DNA of 64,000 nucleotides from Deltaproteobacteria bacterium (GTDB lineage Bacteria; Myxococcota; Kuafuiibacteriia; Kuafuiibacteriales; Kuafuiibacteriaceae): NCBI GenBank assembly GCA_040218735.1, contig JAVJQW010000017.1, positions 32,001 to 96,000 of the forward strand, read 5' to 3'. Shown piece by piece: positions 55,765 to 64,000 of this stretch (position 1 is its first letter; each line of letters starts with the position of its first letter). The notes under the pieces were generated by a model. It saw only the letters and a program-made list of their open reading frames with translations, ran no database searches and was not told where the DNA came from. The position numbers and the translations under genes were made by a program.

Positions 55765-57043
55765 CCTCTCCCAAGAACGGCGACGCAACCCTGTACCCGC
55801 GGCGCGGGACGTTCTCGAACGGCATCGGGAAGCCCTCGCGCTCGATTCGCGCACGAATCTGCTGGAGTGCAGAGCGAATCGCGGTGTCGGTCACTACGCC
55901 GCAGGCGTCCTTGAGGGCGGCGACGCTCACGGGTTCACCTCGGGCCTGCAAGAGGCAGCAGAGGATGCGCCAGTTCGTGCCTCGGAAGGTCAGCACCCGA
56001 CCGCTGTCCGTGACGATACCGCGGCTGTTCGGGCGCGCGGGATCGGGCTGGAGGCCAGGCGAGCCCTCCGCCGATGGCGGGGTTGGCGTCGCTGGGTTCC
56101 CTTGGGGTCGCGGCGCCGGCGCCTCCAGCGGGCGCGCTCGTGCGGCTTGCGCGAGCGGGTCGTGGACTGTTTCGGCATCCAAGCGCTTCCGTAGCTCGGA
56201 CGCGACGAGCTTGTGCGTCACGCTCGGAGCGACCAAGCGCAGCCGTCCGGCGTCGTGACGCAGCAGCCCACAGCGGAGCAGCGGCTGGATGGCCTCATCG
56301 GCGGGGTCACATTTTTCGGTCCCGTCGTCGAGGACCGAGACGAGCGCCCCGACGGACGCGCGTGCGTACTCGAACACCCAGGCCACCGCGTCCGCGACGT
56401 AGCTCGTCGCGTTGAGTCGCAGGTAATTCGAGAGCTGATCGTAGTCGCCGAAGAGCTCGGATCGTCGTGATGCGCGCGCGAGGAGCGTGGGGTGACCGTC
56501 GGTCGCGCCGAACACGTTCGTCCACACGTCTTCGGAGAGCTTCCCCATCAGGTCGGTGAGCGCAGCTCGGGTGTCGTCCACCGTCGGGAGGTCCATGAAG
56601 TAGCGATCGAACTGGTGGATCTCGTTCTGCCGCCGATTCACCCAGTCGCGCTCGGGATCGTCGTTGCCGATCGCACGTTCGGCGACGTCGTCGCGTGACA
56701 AGCGCGAGGTCGCGACGAGGCGTGCGTCGGGGATCGAGCGCAGTGTCTTCTCGAGTCGAGCGTCGTAGAGGATGTCGAAGTCATCGACGAGGAGCGTGTC
56801 GGTGCCGCGTGCGCTTCGACACCATTCGGCGATCTCCTGTCCGGCTCCGGGGTCGCCACCCATCACGAGCGTCGCACCCTCCGAGCGCGACAGGGCGCGC
56901 AGGAGCGACGTCTTCCCCATACCCGGCGCGCCCTGCACGAAGTGACGACCGGGACGCAGCGCGGGCTCCGGTCCGTCCGATCGGGACCACGAAGGAGGCC
57001 GGAGCTTGGCGACGAGGGGTCGATGAAGGATCTCGAACTTCAT
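55670..57043 (-). CDS. STAND-like P-loop ATPase with C-terminal OmpR-type winged-helix domain
   Basis: Walker A GAPGMGKTS, Walker B LLVDD, TDGHP (GxP); wHTH ILCCLLQARGEPVS...NVPRRGYRV; alternative starts at 57082 and 57109. Confidence 0.8.
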   Translation of the reverse strand: MKFEILHRPLVAKLRPPSWSRSDGPEPALRPGRHFVQGAPGMGKTSLLRALSRSEGATLVMGGDPGAGQEIAEWCRSARGTDTLLVDDFDILYDARLEKTLRSIPDARLVATSRLSRDDVAERAIGNDDPERDWVNRRQNEIHQFDRYFMDLPTVDDTRAALTDLMGKLSEDVWTNVFGATDGHPTLLARASRRSELFGDYDQLSNYLRLNATSYVADAVAWVFEYARASVGALVSVLDDGTEKCDPADEAIQPLLRCGLLRHDAGRLRLVAPSVTHKLVASELRKRLDAETVHDPLAQAARARPLEAPAPRPQGNPATPTPPSAEGSPGLQPDPARPNSRGIVTDSGRVLTFRGTNWRILCCLLQARGEPVSVAALKDACGVVTDTAIRSALQQIRARIEREGFPMPFENVPRRGYRVASPFLGEASPSPAGPRSARKKREPSSRASARPRAHSQG

Positions 57044-57156
57044 GTGCAGAACGCGCGGTAATATATAGGCATATGTATCCATTCGCCAGTATGTGACGAG
57101 AGAATACACCTCCGTTCACAGAAACGGGGCAGTGTGGGGGGCAGCACTCCGGCCTT

Positions 57157-57549
57157 TCAGCGGATTTCCAGGGGGACCTCGAAGGACTCGGAGCCCTCGA
57201 ACTTGAGGAGGCACGACGTCGCGGCGGCGGCCTGGTCGGGGCGCGGCTCGCCGGCCCACAGGTGCTCTTCGTCGAACGTGGACGGCACGTCCAAGCCGAT
57301 GCTCCAAGAGGCGGTCCCGTTTTCGCATTCGACGGTGAGTGAGGTCGGCGAGAAGGCCTCGTAGTCGCCACCGGGCTTCAGAACGATGTCGACGGTGTCG
57401 TAGACGAGATCTTCCAGGAGGGAGCCCTCGCAGGTCGGGCAGGGGTGCGTGGTCGCGTCGGTCGTGACGGCGAGCTCCTCCGTGGGGGGCGCGCACGCAA
57501 AACCGAACAGGGCGGCGGAGAGGATGAGGACGAGTCTGTGTGTATGCAT
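57157..57549 (-). CDS. Small hypothetical lipoprotein
   Basis: LVLILSAALFGFAC lipobox; CPTC; beta-rich acidic body. Confidence 0.7.
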   Translation of the reverse strand: MHTHRLVLILSAALFGFACAPPTEELAVTTDATTHPCPTCEGSLLEDLVYDTVDIVLKPGGDYEAFSPTSLTVECENGTASWSIGLDVPSTFDEEHLWAGEPRPDQAAAATSCLLKFEGSESFEVPLEIR

Positions 57550-57723
57550 ATATTTTTATATTGATACATGTATATCACTCGGCAAGGATCGGATCCCCTC
57601 GTTGGGCAAAGATCGTCGTCGAATCACCACAGTCGTCGTCGAAGCGCCCGGGTCTGGGGCCTCGATGTGTCACAACGCGCCGGAATCAGGGCTGGCCTGG
57701 GCCTTGCTGTGGGGTCGCCCACG

Positions 57724-58506
57724 ATGCGGATAGCCCAGACGCTCCTAGCCCTCTCCCTCGCCGCTGGATCCTTCGCGTGCGGCGCCACCTCCGACGGTCA
57801 GATCGGCGAAAACGGCGAAGTGCGGTTCTCGCTGGTCGTCGACTTCATCGACAACGCGAGCATCGACGACGACGTCGCCACCCACCGGACGCTGTTCGTC
57901 GCCATGCAGCACCCGAAGCGCGGCTTCCTCGACGACGAGACCTACACGAAGCTCTCCCTGCAGGTTCGCAACGAGGACGGCGAGCTCGTCTCGTCCGTCT
58001 TCCCGCTCGGGTTCGCGCAGTACGGTGTCGTGTTCGAGCAGGCCGGTCGCTACAAGCTCGTGGCGATGGACGGCGGCACGCAGCTCGACGCGTTCTCGAT
58101 CAACGTGCGCGACGTCGACGACATCGCGCTGTCACGCCGCGTCGTGGTGAGCACGACCTACGAAGACGACAACGGCGACACGTGCGCGCGCGTGCAAGAG
58201 CTCGACGGCATCGAGAACGTCGTCCTGCACGAGAACCAGAGCGTGCAGATGTTCGTCGTCCCGCGGGCCTCCGACGGCGCCGACCTCATCGGCTTCCTCG
58301 CCCTCACCGGCGACGGTCCGGACAGCGTCATCCTCCACTCGCCGTTGGTCGGTCAGGGGCGTCGCGCGAACAGCCTGATCGTCACGCCCGACAGCACGAT
58401 GACCCCGTCGATCCGCGTGGTCATCGAGGACGCCGACGGCGGGCACCGCATCGACGTCGAGCTGCCGACCAAGAACGAGCCCTTCGAGCTCGACTGCAGT
58501 GACTAG
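57724..58506 (+). CDS. Hypothetical lipoprotein
   Basis: MRIAQTLLALSLAAGSFAC lipobox; host-like codon use. Confidence 0.78.
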   Translation: MRIAQTLLALSLAAGSFACGATSDGQIGENGEVRFSLVVDFIDNASIDDDVATHRTLFVAMQHPKRGFLDDETYTKLSLQVRNEDGELVSSVFPLGFAQYGVVFEQAGRYKLVAMDGGTQLDAFSINVRDVDDIALSRRVVVSTTYEDDNGDTCARVQELDGIENVVLHENQSVQMFVVPRASDGADLIGFLALTGDGPDSVILHSPLVGQGRRANSLIVTPDSTMTPSIRVVIEDADGGHRIDVELPTKNEPFELDCSD

Positions 58507-59117
58507 AGCGCCTCGATCCACCGCACGACGGCAGCGGTGATGTCCTCTTCGGGGACGCGGCGCATCCCGTGGTCGCCGCCTTCGAACACGTCGAGGGTCA
58601 CGCGTTTCTTCGGGAGCTTCGCGAGCACCGGGCGCAGCAGCTCGAGATCGCAGAGCGCGTCCTTGCTCCCCTGCACGAACAACATCGGTGCCTTCACGTC
58701 GGGCAGGTGCGCATCGCGCAGCTTGTCCTTCTTGCCGGCGGGGTGCAGCGGGTAGCTCAAGAGGATCAGCCCGTCGACCGGGTGCCCCTCGGCGGCGAGC
58801 ATCGTCGTCATGCGACCGCCCATCGAGCGGCCACCGAGCACGACGCGTTCGAACTTGCCGAGCTTGTCTTCGAGCTGTGCCAGCCGCGCCTTCGCCGACT
58901 CGATGAGCTTCGGCATGCGGTCCGGCGCGCGCTTGCCGGCGACGCGGTACGGGAAACGCGCGCGCACCACGGTCGCGCCGAGCGCGGGGAGCGCCTTGGC
59001 GAGCGCCCGGATGTGTTGCTGATCGACGTCACCGCCCGCGCCGTGCCACAGCACGACGAGCGTGCCGGACAGCGGACCGGATTCGGGTTCGTGAACGAAG
59101 TACGCCTGCTTCGCCAT
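58503..59117 (-). CDS. Alpha/beta hydrolase (KANL3/dienelactone hydrolase-like)
   Basis: HGAGG, GGRSMGG nucleophile elbow, SYPLHP, QGSKD, GGDH. Confidence 0.9.
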   Translation of the reverse strand: MAKQAYFVHEPESGPLSGTLVVLWHGAGGDVDQQHIRALAKALPALGATVVRARFPYRVAGKRAPDRMPKLIESAKARLAQLEDKLGKFERVVLGGRSMGGRMTTMLAAEGHPVDGLILLSYPLHPAGKKDKLRDAHLPDVKAPMLFVQGSKDALCDLELLRPVLAKLPKKRVTLDVFEGGDHGMRRVPEEDITAAVVRWIEAL

Positions 59118-59151
59118 CGACGGCGATCGATACCACGGGCGGTGCGGGGGA

Positions 59152-59904
59152 TCAGTGGTTCGCGGCCGAGGTCAGCGTGACCTCTTCGAGCCAGTTGACG
59201 AGGCGCGTGAAGTCGAGCGGCTTGTGCATCACCGCCGACGCGCCGAGCTTCTCGATGACCTGCTCGGCGTTGTCCCAGTACAGCGCCCCGGACACCACCG
59301 CGACCGGGAGGTTCGGATGGGAGCCGTGGACGCGCTGCAGGAGCTCTTGCCCCGGGATGCTCGGGAGCATCCAGTCCATGACCACGGCGTCGAACGCCTG
59401 CGCGTCGAGGTGATCGAGGCCGGACGGCGGTGATGTCGTCACGGAGACCTCGCAGCCCTGACGCTTCAGCCGGCGCCGCATCATCTTCAGAATGCCGGGG
59501 TCGTCGTCGATGACGAGGACCCGCCGACCGTCGAGCTGGCCGCGCGCGGCGGCGGCGATCGGAGAAGGTGTGCTCTCGACGGGCGCCGGCCGCCCTTCCG
59601 CCCACGCTTCCAACACACGCGTGATGCGCGGCGGCGTGTCCGGGCGGACCTCGATGCGCACGCCGCGCCCCCGCACCCACGTCGCGACGAAGCCCTCGAA
59701 CGACACCGGCTCCGCGCCCGTCTCGTTGAACTGGATCCGCACACTCTCGGTGTAACGAAGGTCGGCGCGGTTCGTCTCGACGAAGACCCCCACCGGATAG
59801 ATCTCGGTGATGGGCGCCTCGAAGGAGATGCCCTCCTGCACCCAGCAGGTCATCCGCGTCGGGACGGGCAGCCCTTGGGCCTCTTGGAACGGCGACGGAC
59901 GCAT
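59152..59904 (-). CDS. Response regulator with N-terminal PilZ-like domain
   Basis: REC: VLVIDDD, MDWMLP, HKPLD; N-domain EIYPVGVFVET resembles a degenerate PilZ DxSxxG strand. Confidence 0.8.
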   Translation of the reverse strand: MRPSPFQEAQGLPVPTRMTCWVQEGISFEAPITEIYPVGVFVETNRADLRYTESVRIQFNETGAEPVSFEGFVATWVRGRGVRIEVRPDTPPRITRVLEAWAEGRPAPVESTPSPIAAAARGQLDGRRVLVIDDDPGILKMMRRRLKRQGCEVSVTTSPPSGLDHLDAQAFDAVVMDWMLPSIPGQELLQRVHGSHPNLPVAVVSGALYWDNAEQVIEKLGASAVMHKPLDFTRLVNWLEEVTLTSAANH

Positions 59905-59975
59905 GGCGTTCCCCCTAGGGTTCGGCCGAGCCCCGCGGACCTTGAGCACTTTCCGTACGAGCGCCGGACGGCGTT

Positions 59976-60458
59976 CTATTCCGAGCCTTTGGTGCGCGAA
60001 AGTGCGCGGACGATCTTCCACTCCTCCGCGGTGACCGGCTGCACGGAGAGCCGGTTGCCCTTTCGCAGGAGCGACATCTCCTCCAGCCCCGGCGTCGTCT
60101 TCATGCGCGGGAGCGACACCGGGTGTTTGAACGGCTTGTCCGCCTTGATGTCGACCATGAACCAGCGCGGGTTCTCGGGGTCGCTCTTTTCGTCGTGGTA
60201 CTTCGACTTCGGATCGAACTGCGAGTCGTCCGGGTAGCCTTCGCGAAGGACGGTCGCCGTCCCCATGATCACCTGCGGGTTCACGCGCGAGTGATAGAAG
60301 AACACCTGGTCGCCCTTCTTGATCTCGTCGCGGAGGAGGTTGCGTGCCTGGTAGTTGCGGACGCCGTCCCAGGAGGTCGTCTGATCCTTCGACGCGAGGA
60401 GGTCATCCCAGGAGAAGGCTTCGGGTTCGCTCTTCATGAGCCAGTAGCGTTTGGGCAT
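59976..60458 (-). CDS. EVE domain protein
   Basis: YWLMKSEP, WDGVRNYQARN, FFYHS, RLSVQPV. Confidence 0.95.
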   Translation of the reverse strand: MPKRYWLMKSEPEAFSWDDLLASKDQTTSWDGVRNYQARNLLRDEIKKGDQVFFYHSRVNPQVIMGTATVLREGYPDDSQFDPKSKYHDEKSDPENPRWFMVDIKADKPFKHPVSLPRMKTTPGLEEMSLLRKGNRLSVQPVTAEEWKIVRALSRTKGSE

Positions 60459-60470
60459 CGAGTGGTCCTT

Positions 60471-61049
60471 TCAGCGGTTGTGGAGGCGCGGCTCGAGCGG
60501 CGCGTCGTCGATCACCCACGCCTCGTGCGCGGACACCTCCGCGAGGCGAGCCGCGACGACCTTCGGGTCGAAGATCGCTTCGGCGAGGTCGACGTACATC
60601 CGGTGGTGACGCGCCTCGCACGCGAGTAGTGAAGTGTACAGATCACGAAGCTGCGGATCTTCGAGCTCGGCCGCGAGGATCTTCATCCGCTCGCAGCTCC
60701 GCGCTTCGATCAACGCACAGCACAACAACGTATCGAGGAGTCGGTCGGGCTCCGTGGCGCGCACCACCGTCATGAGCTTGCCCGCGTACGGGCTGGGGCG
60801 CTGGCGTTTGTACTCGAGCCCCCGCGACTCCATCACGGTGAGCACCTGCTCGAAGTGCTCGAGCTCCTCCCGCGCCAGCTCCGACAGCGGACGCATGAGC
60901 GCCGTGTGCTGCGGGTAGCGAAAGATGAGGTTCACCGCGGTCGACGCGGCCTTCTTCTCGCAGTGCGCGTGGTCGAGGAGGATCTCGGGCATCGCGCCGA
61001 GCGCACGCTCGACCCACCCGCTCTCCGTCTCACCCGCCAGGTGCAGCAC
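60471..61049 (-). CDS. miaE: tRNA-(ms2io6A) hydroxylase
   Basis: DHAHCEKKAA, AREELEHF, LIEARSCER, EARHH di-iron motifs. Confidence 0.93.
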   Translation of the reverse strand: MLHLAGETESGWVERALGAMPEILLDHAHCEKKAASTAVNLIFRYPQHTALMRPLSELAREELEHFEQVLTVMESRGLEYKRQRPSPYAGKLMTVVRATEPDRLLDTLLCCALIEARSCERMKILAAELEDPQLRDLYTSLLACEARHHRMYVDLAEAIFDPKVVAARLAEVSAHEAWVIDDAPLEPRLHNR

Positions 61050-61125
61050 GGCCGAGTGACTAACGAAGGTGTCGCGTCGCGTGCAAGCTTCTACGATCCC
61101 GTCGGCGCGCACGCATTCCGATTGC

Positions 61126-62352
61126 TCAGAGCAACTCGTCCCGACCGCGCGCCGCCGCGACCGCCATCTCGACGCGGTCCGAGCCCCAGTACAGCGACGC
61201 AGGGCGGCCTTCGGCCCGCACCACGGTGGTCGGCGCGCCGAACGCCTCCGCTTCGACGGCCGCGTTCGTCGCGTCGAAGAGGGCCTGCTTCTGCTCCTTC
61301 GCGTTGGCGACGAGGGCGGGACCGTCGAAGCCACACTCCGTCGCGAGCGCTGCGACGACCTCGGGGTCCGAGATGTCGCGGTCCTCGCCCCAGTACGCCA
61401 CGAAGATCCGCTCGACGAGCTTCTTCGCCTCCGGGCTCTCGGTGCCGACCGCGAGCGTGACACGCAGCGGGAGGATCGAGTTCATCGGGAAACGCGACGG
61501 CCACCCGAACGGCGTCCCGAGCGCCTTCGCCTGACGCTGGAGGTCCGCCGCCATGAACGTGCGCTTCGACTCACTCATCTCGAAGAGCGGCACCATCACC
61601 TGCCCCACGGCCTTGAACACCGCGCCGAGCAGCATCGGGCGCCACGTCGCGTGCGCCCCGAACGAACGCGCCGCCCGAACCGTACCGAGGTACGCAAACG
61701 GGCTGGAGTAGTCGAAGAAGAAGTCCACCGGATGTGTGAAGTCACCGTTCGCTTCAATGGAACCGGGCGTCCCGCCGAGCGCAGCCTCGACGTGGCCCAT
61801 GCGGTCCTGGCCCCAGTAAAGCTCACCGTCGACGAAGAACGCGGGCGCGCCGAAGACACCCCGCTCGATCGCCTCGTCGGTGCGGCGGCGCAGATCGTCT
61901 TTCGTCGCCTGCTCGTCGATCTTCGCGAGCACTTCGGCGGCGTCGTGGCCCGTCTCGGTCAGGAGCGCACCGAGGACCTCGCGGTCCGAGATGTCACGAC
62001 CCTCGACCCAGTAGGCGCGGTAGATGCGGTGGATGAGGGGCATCGGGATGCCCGTCACGAGCACGGCACGCAGCGCCTCGACGCTCCGGAACGGGTGCCC
62101 CGACGGCATCGCGTACTCCGCGCCGAAGAGGTTCGCGTAGCGCTGCAGATCGTTGGCGTTGTGGCGCGCCTTCTCCGCACCGTGGGCTTCGAACAACCGC
62201 TGCGGCTGACCGACCGCGCGCAGGACGCCACCGAGTAACATCGGCTTCACCTCGAGCTTCGCGCCGGTGCGCTCGGCGAGCGCTTCGACCTGCGTCGAGG
62301 ACAGGTACGCGTAAGGGCAGGAGAAATCGAACCACCACTCGAGGGTCTTCAT
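61126..62352 (-). CDS. Tandem two-domain 2-hydroxychromene-2-carboxylate isomerase / kappa-GST (DsbA-like)
   Basis: FDFSCPYAYL...GVFGAP...WGQDR followed by FDYSSPFAYL...AFGAP...WGSDR. Confidence 0.9.
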   Translation of the reverse strand: MKTLEWWFDFSCPYAYLSSTQVEALAERTGAKLEVKPMLLGGVLRAVGQPQRLFEAHGAEKARHNANDLQRYANLFGAEYAMPSGHPFRSVEALRAVLVTGIPMPLIHRIYRAYWVEGRDISDREVLGALLTETGHDAAEVLAKIDEQATKDDLRRRTDEAIERGVFGAPAFFVDGELYWGQDRMGHVEAALGGTPGSIEANGDFTHPVDFFFDYSSPFAYLGTVRAARSFGAHATWRPMLLGAVFKAVGQVMVPLFEMSESKRTFMAADLQRQAKALGTPFGWPSRFPMNSILPLRVTLAVGTESPEAKKLVERIFVAYWGEDRDISDPEVVAALATECGFDGPALVANAKEQKQALFDATNAAVEAEAFGAPTTVVRAEGRPASLYWGSDRVEMAVAAARGRDELL

Positions 62353-62392
62353 TGCGGCTACCGCATACCACGTCATGCTACGGTCCCGCTCC

Positions 62393-62593
62393 ATGACGTT
62401 GCGAAACGTCCTGTACGCGGCGTTCTGCCTGGTGTGCCTTTTGGCCCTGACCTGGCCCGGCTATCCCATGTTCGGGAACCGCATCGATCCGCGGGTCCTC
62501 GGCCTGCCCTTCTCCCTGTTCTGGAACGTGCTGTGGATCCTGCTGTCGTTTGCGGCGATCGGCGCGTACCACGCCACGCGGCCGAGGCGCTGA
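62393..62593 (+). CDS. Small membrane protein (DUF3311-like, solute symporter partner)
   Basis: NRIDPRVLGLPFSLFW; two TM helices; precedes the SSS gene. Confidence 0.82.
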   Translation: MTLRNVLYAAFCLVCLLALTWPGYPMFGNRIDPRVLGLPFSLFWNVLWILLSFAAIGAYHATRPRR

Positions 62594-62595
62594 CG

Positions 62596-64000
62596 ATGCC
62601 CTCCACGACCGTCGTCCTCGCGATCAGCGTCGGCTACCTCGTCGCGTGCCTCGCCCTCGGGATGTGGCCGAGCAAGAAGTCGAGCGCTTCCAGCGAAGGG
62701 TTCGTCGCGGGCGACCGCGGGCTCGGGCTGCTGCTGATGTACTTCATCACCGGCGCGACGATCTTCTCCGCGTTTGCGTTCCTCGGCGCGCCCGGCTGGG
62801 CGTACTCGAAGGGCGCCGCCGGCTTCTACATCCTCGGCTACGGCGCGCTCGGGTTGGTGCCGTTCTACTTCATCGGTCCGCGCGCTTCGCGTGTCGGTCG
62901 TGAGTACGGCTTCGTCACGCAGGCGCAGATGATGTCGGTGCGCTTCGACATGCCGGCGATCGCGGGGATGATGGCGATCGTCAGCATCGTCGCGTTCGTG
63001 CCCTACCTCGCGCTGCAGATGCAGGGCGCCGGTTACGTCGTCGAGACGATGACCAACGGCGACGTGCCCGCGTGGTCGGGGGCCCTCGTCGTGTACGTGG
63101 TCGTGACGGCGTACGTCCTCAAGAGCGGCGTGCTCGGCGTGGGGTGGACCAACACGTTCCAGGGCATCTTCATGATGGCGCTCGCGTGGGGGCTCGGGCT
63201 GTACCTCCCACACGAGCTGTACGGCGGGATCGACGAGCTGTTCGCGCGCATCGCGGCCGAGCGCCCGGATCATCTGCTCGCGCCGGGGAAGACGTCGGCG
63301 GGTCAGCCGTGGTCGTGGTCGGAGTACTCGTCGGCGGTGATCATTTCGATCGTCGGCTTCTCGATGTGGCCGCACCTGTTCATGAAGTCGTTCACGGCGA
63401 AGAGCGAGGAGACGATTCGCCGCACGGTGCTGCTGTACCCGACGTTTCAGATCTTCTTGGTGCCGCTCTTCATCATCGGCTTCTGCGGCGTGTTCTTCGA
63501 GCCGCCGCCGGCACGTGCGGATCAGATCCTCCCGCACATCCTGATGAACACGCAGATCCCGTCGGTGATCGTCGGGCTGTTCTGCGCGGGTGCGCTCGCC
63601 GCGTCGATGTCGTCCGGCGACGCGATGGCCCACGCCGCAGCGTCGATCGCCGTGCGCGACGGCGTCGTCGAAGCCGCGAAGAAGAAACTCGAGCCGAACG
63701 CCGAACGACGCTGGATTCGCATCGTCGTCGTGCTCGTGATGATCGCCGCGTACGGCGTGGCGATCGTCTACAAGGGCTCGCTCGTGTTCCTGCTGCTGAC
63801 CACGTACGGCGCGGTCGTGCAGTTCGCCCCGGGCGTGCTCGCGTGCCTCTACCTCCCGCGCGTGCGCGGACGTTCGGTGCTCGCGGGGATGATCGCGGGC
63901 TCCGCCGTCACGGGCGTCTTCGTCGCGTTCCCGGAGTGGAGGCCGTTCGCGATCCACGCGGGCGCGTACGGACTCGTCGTGAACGTCGTCGTGTTGGCGC
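62596..64000 (+). CDS. Sodium:solute symporter family protein, 3' truncated by the window
   Basis: ATG 62596; ATIFSAFAFLGAPGWAY, YLALQMQGAG, VGWTNTFQG, LAASMSS; open to the window end. Confidence 0.92.
   Translation, partial: MPSTTVVLAISVGYLVACLALGMWPSKKSSASSEGFVAGDRGLGLLLMYFITGATIFSAFAFLGAPGWAYSKGAAGFYILGYGALGLVPFYFIGPRASRVGREYGFVTQAQMMSVRFDMPAIAGMMAIVSIVAFVPYLALQMQGAGYVVETMTNGDVPAWSGALVVYVVVTAYVLKSGVLGVGWTNTFQGIFMMALAWGLGLYLPHELYGGIDELFARIAAERPDHLLAPGKTSAGQPWSWSEYSSAVIISIVGFSMWPHLFMKSFTAKSEETIRRTVLLYPTFQIFLVPLFIIGFCGVFFEPPPARADQILPHILMNTQIPSVIVGLFCAGALAASMSSGDAMAHAAASIAVRDGVVEAAKKKLEPNAERRWIRIVVVLVMIAAYGVAIVYKGSLVFLLLTTYGAVVQFAPGVLACLYLPRVRGRSVLAGMIAGSAVTGVFVAFPEWRPFAIHAGAYGLVVNVVVLA

Overview
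High-GC bacterial DNA whose gene content suggests a myxobacterium (Myxococcota): CglD-like gliding lipoprotein, MshEN proteins, several ECF sigma/anti-sigma pairs and sigma54 two-component systems. About 49 CDS are supportable. No rRNA, tRNA, CRISPR array or transposase was seen. The backbone carries an amino-sugar/surface-glycan cluster, AsnB, a YfhO-like protein, OmpA/DUF4398 proteins, miaE, EVE and a Na+/solute symporter. Two accessory blocks have visibly atypical codon usage. (1) 8172-19425 (minus strand): a ~1420-aa lipoprotein with a TcA-like coiled-coil/C-terminal layout, then a signal-peptide-bearing SpvB/FG-GAP/RHS (TcB-TcC-like) fusion with a Hint domain and an HNH-type toxin tip, then a putative immunity gene. 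This is a candidate Sec-exported, surface-anchored Tc-like toxin system. (2) 50335-57549: ECF sigma, anti-sigma/TPR/CHAT caspase-like fusion, a stand-alone subtilisin-prodomain-like microprotein, an S8 protease and a STAND-like ATPase-wHTH. This is a candidate proteolytic signalling/conflict module. Five sigma54-type -24/-12 motifs were found by eye, one of which supports an unannotated ~52-aa membrane protein. All family assignments come from motif recognition only; no database searches were run.
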